Assembly: GCA_050298595.1 (NCBI GenBank)
Contig: JBNKUM010000048.1
Coordinates: 32,001-96,000, forward strand
Length of the DNA: 64,000 nucleotides
Direction of reading: 5' to 3'
Source: Gammaproteobacteria bacterium
GTDB taxonomy: Bacteria; Pseudomonadota; Gammaproteobacteria; GCA-001735895
Shown: positions 9,600-19,152 of the stretch, one piece after another
How positions within the stretch are numbered: position 1 is the stretch's first letter
Layout of the letters: every line of letters starts with the position of its first letter
Notes under the pieces: generated by a model
What the model was told of the DNA's origin: nothing
Database searches by the model: none
Seen by the model: the letters and a program-made list of their open reading frames with translations, nothing else
Made by a program: the position numbers and the translations under genes

Positions 9600-9768
9600 G
9601 ATACTTCATCGGGCAAATCGAATTTCATGTCAAGTGTCAATCGGGCTGTAGCCGGATGGTGAATCTAACACCATAGCTTCACATGAAGATGAGTCTTATC
9701 TTTTCGAAATGTGCATTGTTCAAACCGGCATTGGTCGCCAGTAACTTTTACGAAGAGCGCCGAGGCTC
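9595..9768 (-). mobile_element. Second, more decayed copy of the group II intron IEP 3' end
   Basis: Aligns with ~5209-5400 (ACTGAGATACTTCATCGGGCAAAT...CTTTTCGAAATGTGCATTGTTCAAACC...); has an 18-bp deletion and lacks D5/D6. Confidence 0.8.
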
Positions 9769-9883
9769 AGGTCTTGTCTTTTGACTATCAACCTGACAGT
9801 AGAGACTAGACCTACAGGGCGGACCTACTTAAGATAGAAACTACACCCATATATTGAAACACATGAGTAGTGAGATTTAATCC

Positions 9884-10492
9884 ATGAAAAATTTTTTTAA
9901 AAAATCTATATTAGGTGGTCTGGTTGTTATATTGCCTGTTGCCATTTTAGCGTTTTTCTTTAAATGGCTATTCAGGTTAGTAACAGATCTTATCCAGCCA
10001 CTGACTGACTATGCATCTGGAAGGTATTCTGTCCCTGAAATTGTCGCGGACATGCTTGTTATTATGATTATCGTGTTTAGCTGTTTTTTTGTGGGCGTAC
10101 TGGTCAGCACTAAACTTGGCAATTTTCTGCATCGGACATTTGACGATGTATTGCAACAGATGGCACCCGGTTACCGAATGGTTAAGGAAGTGGTCGTGCA
10201 ATTATTTGGTTCGTCAGGGAAATCGCCTTTTTCTAACGGTATCGTCGCCCGGGTCAGAATATTTGGTGCTGATTGCCCGACAGAAATAACGGGGTTAGTG
10301 GTAGACCGTTCTATTGATGATACCTTTACTGTTTTTGTGCCGACAGGACCTAACCCTACATCAGGCAATATCTACCACGTGCAAAAAAATCAGGTCACTT
10401 TGTATCCTGATATTAAACTGGATTCTGCAATGCGTACGGTGATTGCCTGTGGTGCAGGTTCTGCTGAAATATTTAAAGATAAGGTGGTTTGA
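9884..10492 (+). CDS. DUF502 family membrane protein
   Basis: N-terminal GLVVILP TM segments; C-terminal VFVPTGPNPTSG signature. Confidence 0.9.
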   Translation: MKNFFKKSILGGLVVILPVAILAFFFKWLFRLVTDLIQPLTDYASGRYSVPEIVADMLVIMIIVFSCFFVGVLVSTKLGNFLHRTFDDVLQQMAPGYRMVKEVVVQLFGSSGKSPFSNGIVARVRIFGADCPTEITGLVVDRSIDDTFTVFVPTGPNPTSGNIYHVQKNQVTLYPDIKLDSAMRTVIACGAGSAEIFKDKVV

Positions 10493-10973
10493 CAGAGTCT
10501 AAGGTGGAGCCACGATCAAGTCATGTCTTTTGCCTATTCACCTAACACGGATTTAAGGAGAGAGATTCTATGATCAGTGCCACTTCATTTAACTGCATGA
10601 CCAGGCTGTGGATAGTTTTTTTGTCATCAATAAGCGCTAATCCAAAAAAACGAAGCCCCCTCCTCCCCAATATCTTCAGAGAGGGGAAATAGGATTCATA
10701 GCCTCAAGATAAGACGATTCCTTTAAATACTGCCGCTGTCCGTCCCAGCCAAGAATCTGGTCATGATTATCGACATCAAATTTTAACTTACCAACCAATT
10801 TGAATGGCTCCTGATACCAGATCTGATTGTCTGAATCAAAATAGATAGTGCCATAATAAATCTTGTTGAGCCTCATGTAATTGAACACTCCTCGACCTTT
10901 CTGCCGCTTTTTAATATAAAAGGAGTCGGATATAGGAAAGCACTAAATAATGAGCTAATTAAAGATGAATTAG

Positions 10974-11124
10974 GGAAGATCTGAATAATTCATCCATGAA
11001 TTATCAGAGCACGAAAAATGAAAAGTGTGATTTTCGTTTTTCTCACAAAATCAATGGCTTGTAACCATCAATTTTGGCGGCACATCCCTGTACCGCAGGA
11101 TCCTCTGAATTAATCAGAGATTCC
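10974..11124. mobile_element. 151-bp MITE with IS5-like ends and TTAG target duplication
   Basis: Terminal IRs GGAAGATCTGAATAATTCA and (reverse complement) GGAATCTCTGATTAATTCA, 16/19 identical; TTAG at 10970-10973 and 11125-11128. Confidence 0.8.
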
Positions 11125-11328
11125 TTAGAAAGTTCTGAGAGGTTTCTTAATCCCTCGAAATTTGAAGACTATTTTGTAGTCGCTAAGGCTGCTGACAAAG
11201 AACATGAAATTACAATAGAATTTATGATAATTAATCCGTCACAACAGTATGTTTCCGAGCTTAACAAAGATAACAATTAATAATGATTGAAGGCATAACA
11301 AGGTCAATTCAGATGGATAGCAGGCGAT

Positions 11329-13128
11329 ATGTCGCATAAGTCTACCGTTACCATCCCGTTAAACAGGAAGGTTTTACCCGGCGAAGTTATTCTGTTTGAC
11401 AGGTCGATGGATGTTTGGCTGCTCTTTCAAAATCCGCTGGAAATAGTTTCTGCTAATTCATTATCTGAAGTGAAGGAGAAATTGGAACGGGTGGAAAATC
11501 TGACACAACAACAAGGTTTCCACGCTGCTGGATTTATCAGCTATGAAGCTTCTCCGGCATTTGATAATGCACTTCGGGTCAATTCTAATAACCGGTTTCC
11601 GCTGCTTTGGTTTGCCGTTTATGAAGAGGCTGTTCCTGTCACATTTACAGAAACAGAAACTGCTGATGTAAAAAGTGAATTCGAATGGACCCCAAGTGTT
11701 ACACGAGCAGAATATAATCAGGCGATTGACCGCATCAAAAAGCATATCGCTGAGGGGGATACCTACCAGGTAAACTATACCTTTAAGTTACAAAAAGGCA
11801 TGGATGACAATGGGTTTCGTTTATTTATGGATCTGGCTCAGTCTCAGGGAAGCGGCTATCCGGCTTATATTAATACCGGTGAATACGTGATCTGCTCGGT
11901 TTCACCGGAGCTATTTTTTTCAATGGATGGTGATCGAATAACCACCCGACCAATGAAAGGAACGGCTCCAAGAGGTCGCTTTATAAAGGAAGATAGAGAA
12001 AAAGCAGAGTGGTTACACAAATCAGAAAAAAACAGGGCCGAAAACCTGATGATCGTTGATATGATCAGGAATGATCTTGGCAAGGTAGCCAAAACAGGAA
12101 GTGTACAGGTTGATCATCTTTTCGATGTCGAGAAATATCCGACGGTATGGCAGATGACATCAACAGTCTCTGCAAAATCAGTAGCAACAATCAGCGAAAT
12201 TATAACGGCTCTTTTTCCATGTGCTTCAATAACCGGTGCCCCAAAAGCGAATACGATGAAGATTATAAGCGACCTGGAATCGTCGCCACGGAATATCTAC
12301 ACGGGAAGCATTGGTTATATCAGGCCTGGTAGAAAAATCCAGTTTAACGTTGCCATTCGTACCATATTGATCGACAGGAAGCACTCGACTGCTGAATACG
12401 GCGTAGGCGGGGGAATCGTGTGGGATTCGGCCAAAACTGATGAATACGAGGAGTGCAAAGTCAAAGCAAGAGTTCTGTCGGATAGGCGCCCGGAATTTTC
12501 CTTGCTTGAAACTATGCTGTGGTCACCACAGGAAGGGTATGTATTGCTAGATGAGCATATGCAGCGTCTCAAAGATTCTGCCGCTTATTTTGACTACCCT
12601 TTGAATTCAAGACTTGTCCATTCACAGCTAACACAGCTGGTTTCGGATGTGGACAAATCCGATTACAAAGTGAGACTCCTGTTAGCTCCTGATGGGTCAC
12701 TGAGTTTGCAAAAATACAAGTTAGACTTATCTTCATCAGATCATGTTCGCCTGGCCCTGGCGGCTGAACCGGTTCGATCTGATAATATCTTTCTCTACCA
12801 TAAAACGACGAACCGCGAAGTCTATGACTATGCTCGGAGTCTGGTGCAGCAAGAATGTGATGATCTATTGTTGTGGAACGAACAAGGTGAAATCACCGAA
12901 TCGACCATAGCCAATGTTGTCGTACAGATAGATGGAAAGCTTTATACCCCACCGGTTTCCTGCGGTCTTCTTGCGGGAACCTTTCGCCAATCACTGATCC
13001 GGCAAGGCAGAGTTCAGGAGATGGTCATACCTGTTTCCAGGCTTAAGGATTGCGAAAAAATATTCCTCATCAATTCTGTTCGTCTCTGGCGCGATGTGGA
13101 GATCATCGACGGGATCGGACCTACATAG
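11329..13128 (+). CDS. pabB: Aminodeoxychorismate synthase component I fused to ADC lyase (class IV aminotransferase-like)
   Basis: GDTYQVNYT, SPELFF, PMKGT, KNRAENLMIVDMIRNDL, SITGAPK; C-terminal HKTTNR, EITESTIAN, GLLAGTFR. Confidence 0.9.
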   Translation: MSHKSTVTIPLNRKVLPGEVILFDRSMDVWLLFQNPLEIVSANSLSEVKEKLERVENLTQQQGFHAAGFISYEASPAFDNALRVNSNNRFPLLWFAVYEEAVPVTFTETETADVKSEFEWTPSVTRAEYNQAIDRIKKHIAEGDTYQVNYTFKLQKGMDDNGFRLFMDLAQSQGSGYPAYINTGEYVICSVSPELFFSMDGDRITTRPMKGTAPRGRFIKEDREKAEWLHKSEKNRAENLMIVDMIRNDLGKVAKTGSVQVDHLFDVEKYPTVWQMTSTVSAKSVATISEIITALFPCASITGAPKANTMKIISDLESSPRNIYTGSIGYIRPGRKIQFNVAIRTILIDRKHSTAEYGVGGGIVWDSAKTDEYEECKVKARVLSDRRPEFSLLETMLWSPQEGYVLLDEHMQRLKDSAAYFDYPLNSRLVHSQLTQLVSDVDKSDYKVRLLLAPDGSLSLQKYKLDLSSSDHVRLALAAEPVRSDNIFLYHKTTNREVYDYARSLVQQECDDLLLWNEQGEITESTIANVVVQIDGKLYTPPVSCGLLAGTFRQSLIRQGRVQEMVIPVSRLKDCEKIFLINSVRLWRDVEIIDGIGPT

Positions 13129-13443
13129 CCTTCTAATATTATTTAATTTTAGCCCTGAAAAAACCTCAATTTAACGCTTAAATGACTCATATTCAGGTCT
13201 CCCTATGAGACGCCTGGACTGCTGCATAGCCCTGTGTCCGAGTTTCCTCTTCTGTGCCTGAATATCAGCTATTTGCCCCAGAGGACCTTATAGGAATTTG
13301 CTGGACTACCTGCTCGGTCGAGATAGCACAGTCTACCCTTAGTCGTCTCGCCTCTGCGCTCAGAGAGGTGAACCATCATTGGCTATTATTCCGGAGCAGT
13401 TGCGATTATCCTAGCCTCTAAATGGATTTAGGCTGGAGTTTGT

Positions 13444-14607
13444 GTGGTTATTAACATCAATTTTCTTTCCGTATTGTATCTAATTGGGGCGGCGCAAGGG
13501 TTATTCCTGGCGGCTGCTTTGGCGACAAAAGATATTGGCAGCCATGTTGCTAATAAATATCTGGCCCTCTTTCTGTTTATTTTCAGCCTGTCACTCATTG
13601 ATGAGTTCTTTTTTCAATCTCACTACTTTTATGATTACCCGCACCTCATCGGATTGATCTGGCCGCTAGATTTTCTGTATGGCCCGATATTCTATTACTA
13701 CCTTCGCCTGTTAACGGCAGCCGACCCGGACGAGGCCAGCCGGAGTAAGCGCAAGCATTTCGCACTATTTGGCGTAGGCATTTTGCTGGCAATTCCATTC
13801 TGGGTGTTATCTGGAGAACAAAAGCTGGCGTTTATGTATAACCTTCCCGATGAGCCGAGTCAGTCAACAATGGTTGTAGTCACCGATTTAACCGCTAGTT
13901 TATTAGCCATTATTCAAATGCTGGTTTATCTGGTGCTATGTTTTCGCACGCTTAAGCTACATCAAGCGGCAGTGGAGGATAACTTTTCAAGCCTGGAGAA
14001 AGTAAATCTTGCCTGGCTACGCTCACTACTATGGATGTTGGTAATGCTTTGGGCGTTTTATCTGATCGATATCTTTTTCTCTGAACCTTTCGGAATGGGA
14101 GAATCTTTCGGAGAGGCCCTGCACATTTGTCTTGTATTGATCTTTTATGCCATGGGGTATCGAGGGATGCGACAGGGGAAGATTTTCCAGAAACCAGAGA
14201 CAATTGCGGCTTCATCAGCTCCGACAGGGCCTAAATATGCCTCTTCGGGGCTAGCTAAAGAGGTAAGTCCCAGGATCGCCGAGTTACTTCAAAAGTGTAT
14301 GTCCGAATCCAGGCCCTATCTAAAGAATGACCTGACCCTGGCGGAATTAGCCGAGATGGTAGGGGTAACCAGTCATCACTTATCACAGGCAATCAACGAA
14401 CAACTTGGCAGGAACTTTTTTGACTTCATTAATCAGTTTCGTGTACAGGAAGCGAAAGCCCTGCTATTTCAGGCAGCCCCCAAAATGACCGTAATTGAAG
14501 TCGCCATGGAGTCAGGTTTTAATTCAAAGACTGCTTTTTATGAGGCGTTTAAGAAACACACCGGGATGAATCCCTCTCAATTCAGAAAAAATCATTCAAA
14601 TTCATGA
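13444..14607 (+). CDS. Membrane-anchored AraC-family regulator
   Basis: About 7 N-terminal TM segments; C-terminal YLKNDLTLAELA...NFFDFINQFRV...SGFNSKTAFY. Confidence 0.9.
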   Translation: MVININFLSVLYLIGAAQGLFLAAALATKDIGSHVANKYLALFLFIFSLSLIDEFFFQSHYFYDYPHLIGLIWPLDFLYGPIFYYYLRLLTAADPDEASRSKRKHFALFGVGILLAIPFWVLSGEQKLAFMYNLPDEPSQSTMVVVTDLTASLLAIIQMLVYLVLCFRTLKLHQAAVEDNFSSLEKVNLAWLRSLLWMLVMLWAFYLIDIFFSEPFGMGESFGEALHICLVLIFYAMGYRGMRQGKIFQKPETIAASSAPTGPKYASSGLAKEVSPRIAELLQKCMSESRPYLKNDLTLAELAEMVGVTSHHLSQAINEQLGRNFFDFINQFRVQEAKALLFQAAPKMTVIEVAMESGFNSKTAFYEAFKKHTGMNPSQFRKNHSNS

Positions 14608-14719
14608 TGCTTCAATAACTCATTGAAAATGATACTGTATTTTTTATCCGCATTTATCGGGACGGAAGGATTTGGGCTTTAGCAGCGCTATACTAATCGC
14701 TCATTAACGAACAGAAAGG

Positions 14720-15079
14720 ATGGTATTAATGGATAATAAAGCGTTGATTCTCTTGATGACTGTGGTAATTATCAATGGTTGTAGCTCTTACAAACCGCTG
14801 GAGGATGGTGTATTTAAAGTAGGTTACAAGGAGACCAAATTAGAGAATGGTGGCTACCTGCTAACCTATTACGGGTCCGACCATGATAACGAGGAAGATG
14901 TAGAAAAATTCTGGCATCGTCGTGCCCGGGAGTTGTGCTCCCCAGCCGAGTATGAAGTTGTAAAAGGCCACGCAGGCGAGTGGAAAAGTGAGGGCTATGT
15001 CGTACTACCCCCCGTTTTAGTAGCTGCAGAGAATGCTAACCCCACCTTTAGTGGCGAGGTGCATTGTAAGCCTAAGTGA
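14720..15079 (+). CDS. Putative lipoprotein
   Basis: Lipobox-like INGC after a hydrophobic stretch; GYKETKL...RARELC pattern. Confidence 0.7.
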   Translation: MVLMDNKALILLMTVVIINGCSSYKPLEDGVFKVGYKETKLENGGYLLTYYGSDHDNEEDVEKFWHRRARELCSPAEYEVVKGHAGEWKSEGYVVLPPVLVAAENANPTFSGEVHCKPK

Positions 15080-15108
15080 CTTATGCAATGAGTCTGCTGA
15101 ATACTTGA

Positions 15109-15161
15109 TCGCCTTGAGCTGAAAGCGAAGAGCCTTATGCCCAAGCTGTAGCTCAAGGCGA
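15109..15161. repeat. Perfect 12-bp inverted repeat between convergent genes (terminator- or REP-like)
   Basis: TCGCCTTGAGCT (15109-15120) / AGCTCAAGGCGA (15150-15161). Confidence 0.5.
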
Positions 15162-15370
15162 AAATCCATACACTCAAGTCGTGCCTTTTGCCTGTTCACC
15201 TGGCGACCCCAGAGTTAAAATGATGCTGCTATAAAGAAATCCTCCTGGTCCTTATGTTCATCACTCACTCAGATTTCGCATACCTGCTTGCTGTATTCAC
15301 CCCAAACAATTGACAAAACTAGCCCTGTATTTTTAATCTCTCAAAAATAAATTTCACACTATTACAGGGT

Positions 15371-16651
15371 TCAATTCATTGCGGACTCACGGCTAAACAG
15401 TATCAGCACAAATGATAATAATGCCCATCCAGCCAATAATGAAAATCCGGCTGAGTAGGCATCCAGGTTATAGACTTTAACCTGATTGACTGTTTCCCCC
15501 TGCCAGCCCCGATCTAGCATCCAGCCAACTGCTGGCTGCAAAACCATCGGCCCGGTCATCACGCCCATATTGACAACCCCGGACACTGTACCAGAGAGAT
15601 TTTGAGGAACCGACTCCTTGGCAAAGGCAAACCCTAAAATCATGCACCCCGAAGCCAGCCCAATGATCATTAACAAAGTGATCAACCAGATTTTTTCCAG
15701 ATCTGGAACCAGATAGATAATACTCCAGCCCAGTGCTATCACTGCGCAACCAAAGATATAAAGAGGTTTACGTCGTCCAAAGTGGTCTGAGAAAAATCCA
15801 AACAGGGGGCCTGCTATAGCCCAGGCGATCAACATGGCTGAACAGATGGCTGCAGCTTCTGTTTTACTCATTCCATGATGGGTCACCAGAAATGGTACAC
15901 CCCACAATCCGGCAAAGGCTGTAATACTTCCAACCACCCCACCAGGGACTATGCTTAACACCCAGGTATTTTTAAAGCGAAATACCTCCCGCAAACCCTT
16001 CAGAGCGTGTATCCAGGGTTGAGTATCGGTACTGGATTCCATACTAATATGACCCTGATACCCCTTTTCTCGAGGATCATCGCGCACCACGATCCACACA
16101 ATCAATCCAATAATAATGGGCCATGCGGCCGACACAGCCATCACCTGTCGCCAGCCATAGGACTCTATCCACATCTGTAAAGGCACCCCCGCAAACACGG
16201 CCCCCACAATACCCACAAATAATGCCATGCCTGAGGCCAGAGCAAACTGACGTGGTAAAAACCAGTGGTGTGCCAGTTTTAACATGCTGACAAAAGTGAC
16301 CGCTACCGAGCCTCCAATCAATAAACGGCCTATACCCGCCAGTCCTATATCGGATGAAAAGGCGAACATTAAAGATCCTAAACCCGCGACCAGAGCTCCT
16401 GCTGTTAATAAACGTCTGGGCCCCCAGATATCCGCCAGGATACCTGTCGGAATCTGCATCGCCACATAGCTATAAAAATACAGTGCTGAAAGATTGCCCA
16501 GTGCTGCTGCACTCAAGCCAAACTCGACACTTAATTCGGATGTCATGACTCCAGGTGCAACACGCTGAAAAAATGCAAACAAGTAAAGTGCAGCTGCCAG
16601 CCCCCATATCGTCCAGCTCAGACGTAGAGGCGGTAAAGATTTATTGTTCAT
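15371..16651 (-). CDS. MFS transporter
   Basis: Motif A GILADIWGPRR and GFFSDHFGRRK; about 12 TM segments. Confidence 0.92.
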   Translation of the reverse strand: MNNKSLPPLRLSWTIWGLAAALYLFAFFQRVAPGVMTSELSVEFGLSAAALGNLSALYFYSYVAMQIPTGILADIWGPRRLLTAGALVAGLGSLMFAFSSDIGLAGIGRLLIGGSVAVTFVSMLKLAHHWFLPRQFALASGMALFVGIVGAVFAGVPLQMWIESYGWRQVMAVSAAWPIIIGLIVWIVVRDDPREKGYQGHISMESSTDTQPWIHALKGLREVFRFKNTWVLSIVPGGVVGSITAFAGLWGVPFLVTHHGMSKTEAAAICSAMLIAWAIAGPLFGFFSDHFGRRKPLYIFGCAVIALGWSIIYLVPDLEKIWLITLLMIIGLASGCMILGFAFAKESVPQNLSGTVSGVVNMGVMTGPMVLQPAVGWMLDRGWQGETVNQVKVYNLDAYSAGFSLLAGWALLSFVLILFSRESAMN

Positions 16652-16816
16652 TATTATTAGAAACTCTGGTTAATAGGTAACTACAAGGCCTACGAAGACT
16701 TGGCAGTTTGCAGATTGCCACGCTATACCAGCAATGACAATCAATACTGAATCATTCAGAGTTTTTCTGAAAAGAACCAGGGCCTGTTAACACTAATTTT
16801 ATTGTCTTTGTTGTGG

Positions 16817-17284
16817 TCAAAAATTTAATGCTGTCTTTTTGCTGACTGTTCGCAGCATAAAACTTGAGCGTATTCTAGAAACATTTGGAAAGTTGGATAG
16901 ATACTGCCTGTGAATCCGTTCATAATCCTCTGCATCAGAAGCTACCACTCTTAATAGATAATCTGAGTCACCTGACATTAGGTAGCACTCCATGATTTCT
17001 GGACATTCTTGAACTGCTTTTTCAAAACTATCCAGAGACTCCTCATTTTGACTACTCAAACTAATTTCGACAAAGATGTTTGATGGTTTCCCTACTTTTC
17101 TTTGGTCTAACAGCATGACACAACCTTCAATAATCCCGCTGGATTCCAACCTCTGAACACGACGCAAACATGACGAGGGGGAAAGGCTGATTCTTTCAGC
17201 TAATTCCGAGTTAGTTATTCTGCAATCTTGTTGTAATAGATTGAGAATTGTTCGATCTTTTTTATCCAGTTCAAAATTCAGCAT
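16817..17284 (-). CDS. Lrp/AsnC family regulator (AldR-like), divergent from ald
   Basis: LDKKDRTILNLLQQDCRITNSELAERISLSPSSCLRRV; MSGDSDYLL. Confidence 0.93.
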   Translation of the reverse strand: MLNFELDKKDRTILNLLQQDCRITNSELAERISLSPSSCLRRVQRLESSGIIEGCVMLLDQRKVGKPSNIFVEISLSSQNEESLDSFEKAVQECPEIMECYLMSGDSDYLLRVVASDAEDYERIHRQYLSNFPNVSRIRSSFMLRTVSKKTALNF

Positions 17285-17293
17285 AATATTCTA
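17279..17293. promoter_or_regulatory. Lrp-type operator overlapping the regulator start codon
   Basis: CAGCATAATATTCTA matches 14/15 of the E. coli Lrp consensus YAGHAWATTWTDCTR. Confidence 0.5.
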
Positions 17294-17408
17294 CCATCCT
17301 GCCATCATACGAAAGTAAGTTGCACTATAAGCTAATTACATAGAATTAAAAGCAAACATATTCTGTTGGCTTTTAAACATAATGTATTCACCTTAAAACT
17401 TAACGTAG

Positions 17409-18530
17409 GTGAAGACAGTGTTGATTGGTGTACCAAAAGAAATAAAAAACCACGAATACCGTGTCGGCATGACCCCTGAGTCGGTGGTCGCAGCAATCGC
17501 TCATGGGCATCAGGTTATGGTCGAGACCAATGCCGGCGAAGGGATAGGCGCCAATGATTCAGTATATAAAAAAGCAGGTGCGATGATCTTAGACTCTGCA
17601 CAAGAAATTTTCTCGAAAGCTGAAATGATTGTGAAGGTTAAGGAACCACAGGCTGTTGAGCGAGATATGCTCCGTCCAGATCAGATTCTATACACTTATC
17701 TACATCTTGCTCCTGATCCTGAGCAAACTAAAGATCTGGTGAATTCAGGTGCGGTTTGTATCGCCTACGAAACCATTACGGACGAACAGGGTGGTCTACC
17801 TCTATTGAAACCAATGAGTCAGGTGGCAGGACGATTGTCTATTCAGGCCGGAGCTACCGCATTGGAAAAAAGCCACGGAGGTCTGGGTAGTCTGTTAGGA
17901 GGTGTTCCGGGAGTGGCCCCAGCAAAAGTGCTGATCATCGGCGGTGGAGTGGTAGGATTTAATGCGGCTCAAATGGCAGTCGGTATGCAGGCAAACGTCA
18001 CTATTCTTGATACAAATCCTTACACAGTTGAACGGTTAAGTAATTTCTTCAGCCCAAAAGCCAGGGTTATACATTCCAATAAAGCGGAACTTGCAGCTGA
18101 ACTGAAGGTTTCGGATCTGGTTATTGGTGGCGTTCTAGTAGCAGGAGCAGCGGCACCCAGGTTAGTCACAAAAGAAATGCTGGCCGATATGAAAGAGGGT
18201 TCTGTTTTGGTCGATGTTGCGATTGATCAGGGTGGTTGTTTTGAAACATCCAAAGCTACGACCCATGCTGAGCCTACCTATGTTGTTGATGGGGTTGTTC
18301 ATTATTGTGTTGCGAATATGCCTGGTGCAGTACCTCGTACCTCTACCTATGCACTGAATAATGCCACGCTTTCAGGATTACTGGCTATCGCTGACAAAGG
18401 CTGGAAGAAAGCATTAAAAGATGATCCACATTTATGTAATGGACTAAATGTTTGTAACGGAAAAGTGACTTACAAAGCCGTTGCAGAAGGTTTGGGTTAT
18501 CCATATGTAGATGCCAAAACATTATTGTAA
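17409..18530 (+). CDS. ald: Alanine dehydrogenase
   Basis: [58 protein letters not shown]. Confidence 0.97.
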   Translation: MKTVLIGVPKEIKNHEYRVGMTPESVVAAIAHGHQVMVETNAGEGIGANDSVYKKAGAMILDSAQEIFSKAEMIVKVKEPQAVERDMLRPDQILYTYLHLAPDPEQTKDLVNSGAVCIAYETITDEQGGLPLLKPMSQVAGRLSIQAGATALEKSHGGLGSLLGGVPGVAPAKVLIIGGGVVGFNAAQMAVGMQANVTILDTNPYTVERLSNFFSPKARVIHSNKAELAAELKVSDLVIGGVLVAGAAAPRLVTKEMLADMKEGSVLVDVAIDQGGCFETSKATTHAEPTYVVDGVVHYCVANMPGAVPRTSTYALNNATLSGLLAIADKGWKKALKDDPHLCNGLNVCNGKVTYKAVAEGLGYPYVDAKTLL

Positions 18531-18597
18531 AGTACACGATGTAATAGCAACCATAAGAGTCAGCTTATAAAAAAACTAATCGGGGAGTAGTATTTAT

Positions 18598-19152
18598 ATG
18601 ATTAAAGTAAAACGTGCCAGAAATTTAGGATTGATTCGTTGGATGATGGGCGGACATAAACAAACAGCAACAAAAATGGCACATATTACTAATTCGAATT
18701 ACGTCTCTAAAATGATCAATGGGGAAAAGCCTATTCCAGATAAGATAGCCCGTGACATCGAAAAAGCATTTGAACTTCCCGAACACTGGCTGGATAGAGA
18801 TAACGAGGAACTCATCAAAATTAGTATTGAGAGCAATAAACTGATACCCAGTATTCTTCCAGGAACCACAGATTCAAAAATAGAAACCAGGCGTTCTCGA
18901 AATCTGGATATGATACGCTGGATGGCAGGTGGGCATTCAGTTGCGGCTAAAAAAATTCTCCACATCATTAATCCCACGTATTTATGTAAAATGGCAATGG
19001 GACAAATGATTATTCCGGATAACGTAGCCCGTACTGTTGAAAAAGCATTTGAACTCCCTGAGCGATGGCTGGACAGGGATAATGAAAAACTGGCCACAAT
19101 AAGTCATGAAGATTACCAGTTAATATCCAGTAAAGGTCATTCTTTTGGCTAG
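18598..19152 (+). CDS. Tandem-duplicated Cro/CI-like HTH protein
   Basis: Two ~75-aa repeats R.RNL..IRWM.GGH...IPD..AR..EKAFELPE.WLDRDNE; GGGGAG RBS. Confidence 0.7.
   Translation: MIKVKRARNLGLIRWMMGGHKQTATKMAHITNSNYVSKMINGEKPIPDKIARDIEKAFELPEHWLDRDNEELIKISIESNKLIPSILPGTTDSKIETRRSRNLDMIRWMAGGHSVAAKKILHIINPTYLCKMAMGQMIIPDNVARTVEKAFELPERWLDRDNEKLATISHEDYQLISSKGHSFG

Larger units (their letters stand above)
4592..9768 (+). mobile_element. Integron gene-cassette array without an integrase (CALIN-like)
   Basis: Seven co-oriented short ORFs separated by RYYYAAC...GTTRRRY-like imperfect palindromes; several cassettes have complementary left and right core sites; no tyrosine recombinase in the window. 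Confidence 0.9.

Noticed and set aside
10676-10888. 70-aa minus-strand ORF
   Set aside because: Protein-like composition but no family I can recognise; possibly a fragment, so not called.
11074-11280. 68-aa ORF as an independent gene
   Set aside because: Its start lies within the MITE; it is better explained as the 3' half of an interrupted gene.
11358-13180. pabB as an integron cassette
   Set aside because: GTTAAAC occurs near its start, but no matching inverse core with an attC hairpin follows its stop.
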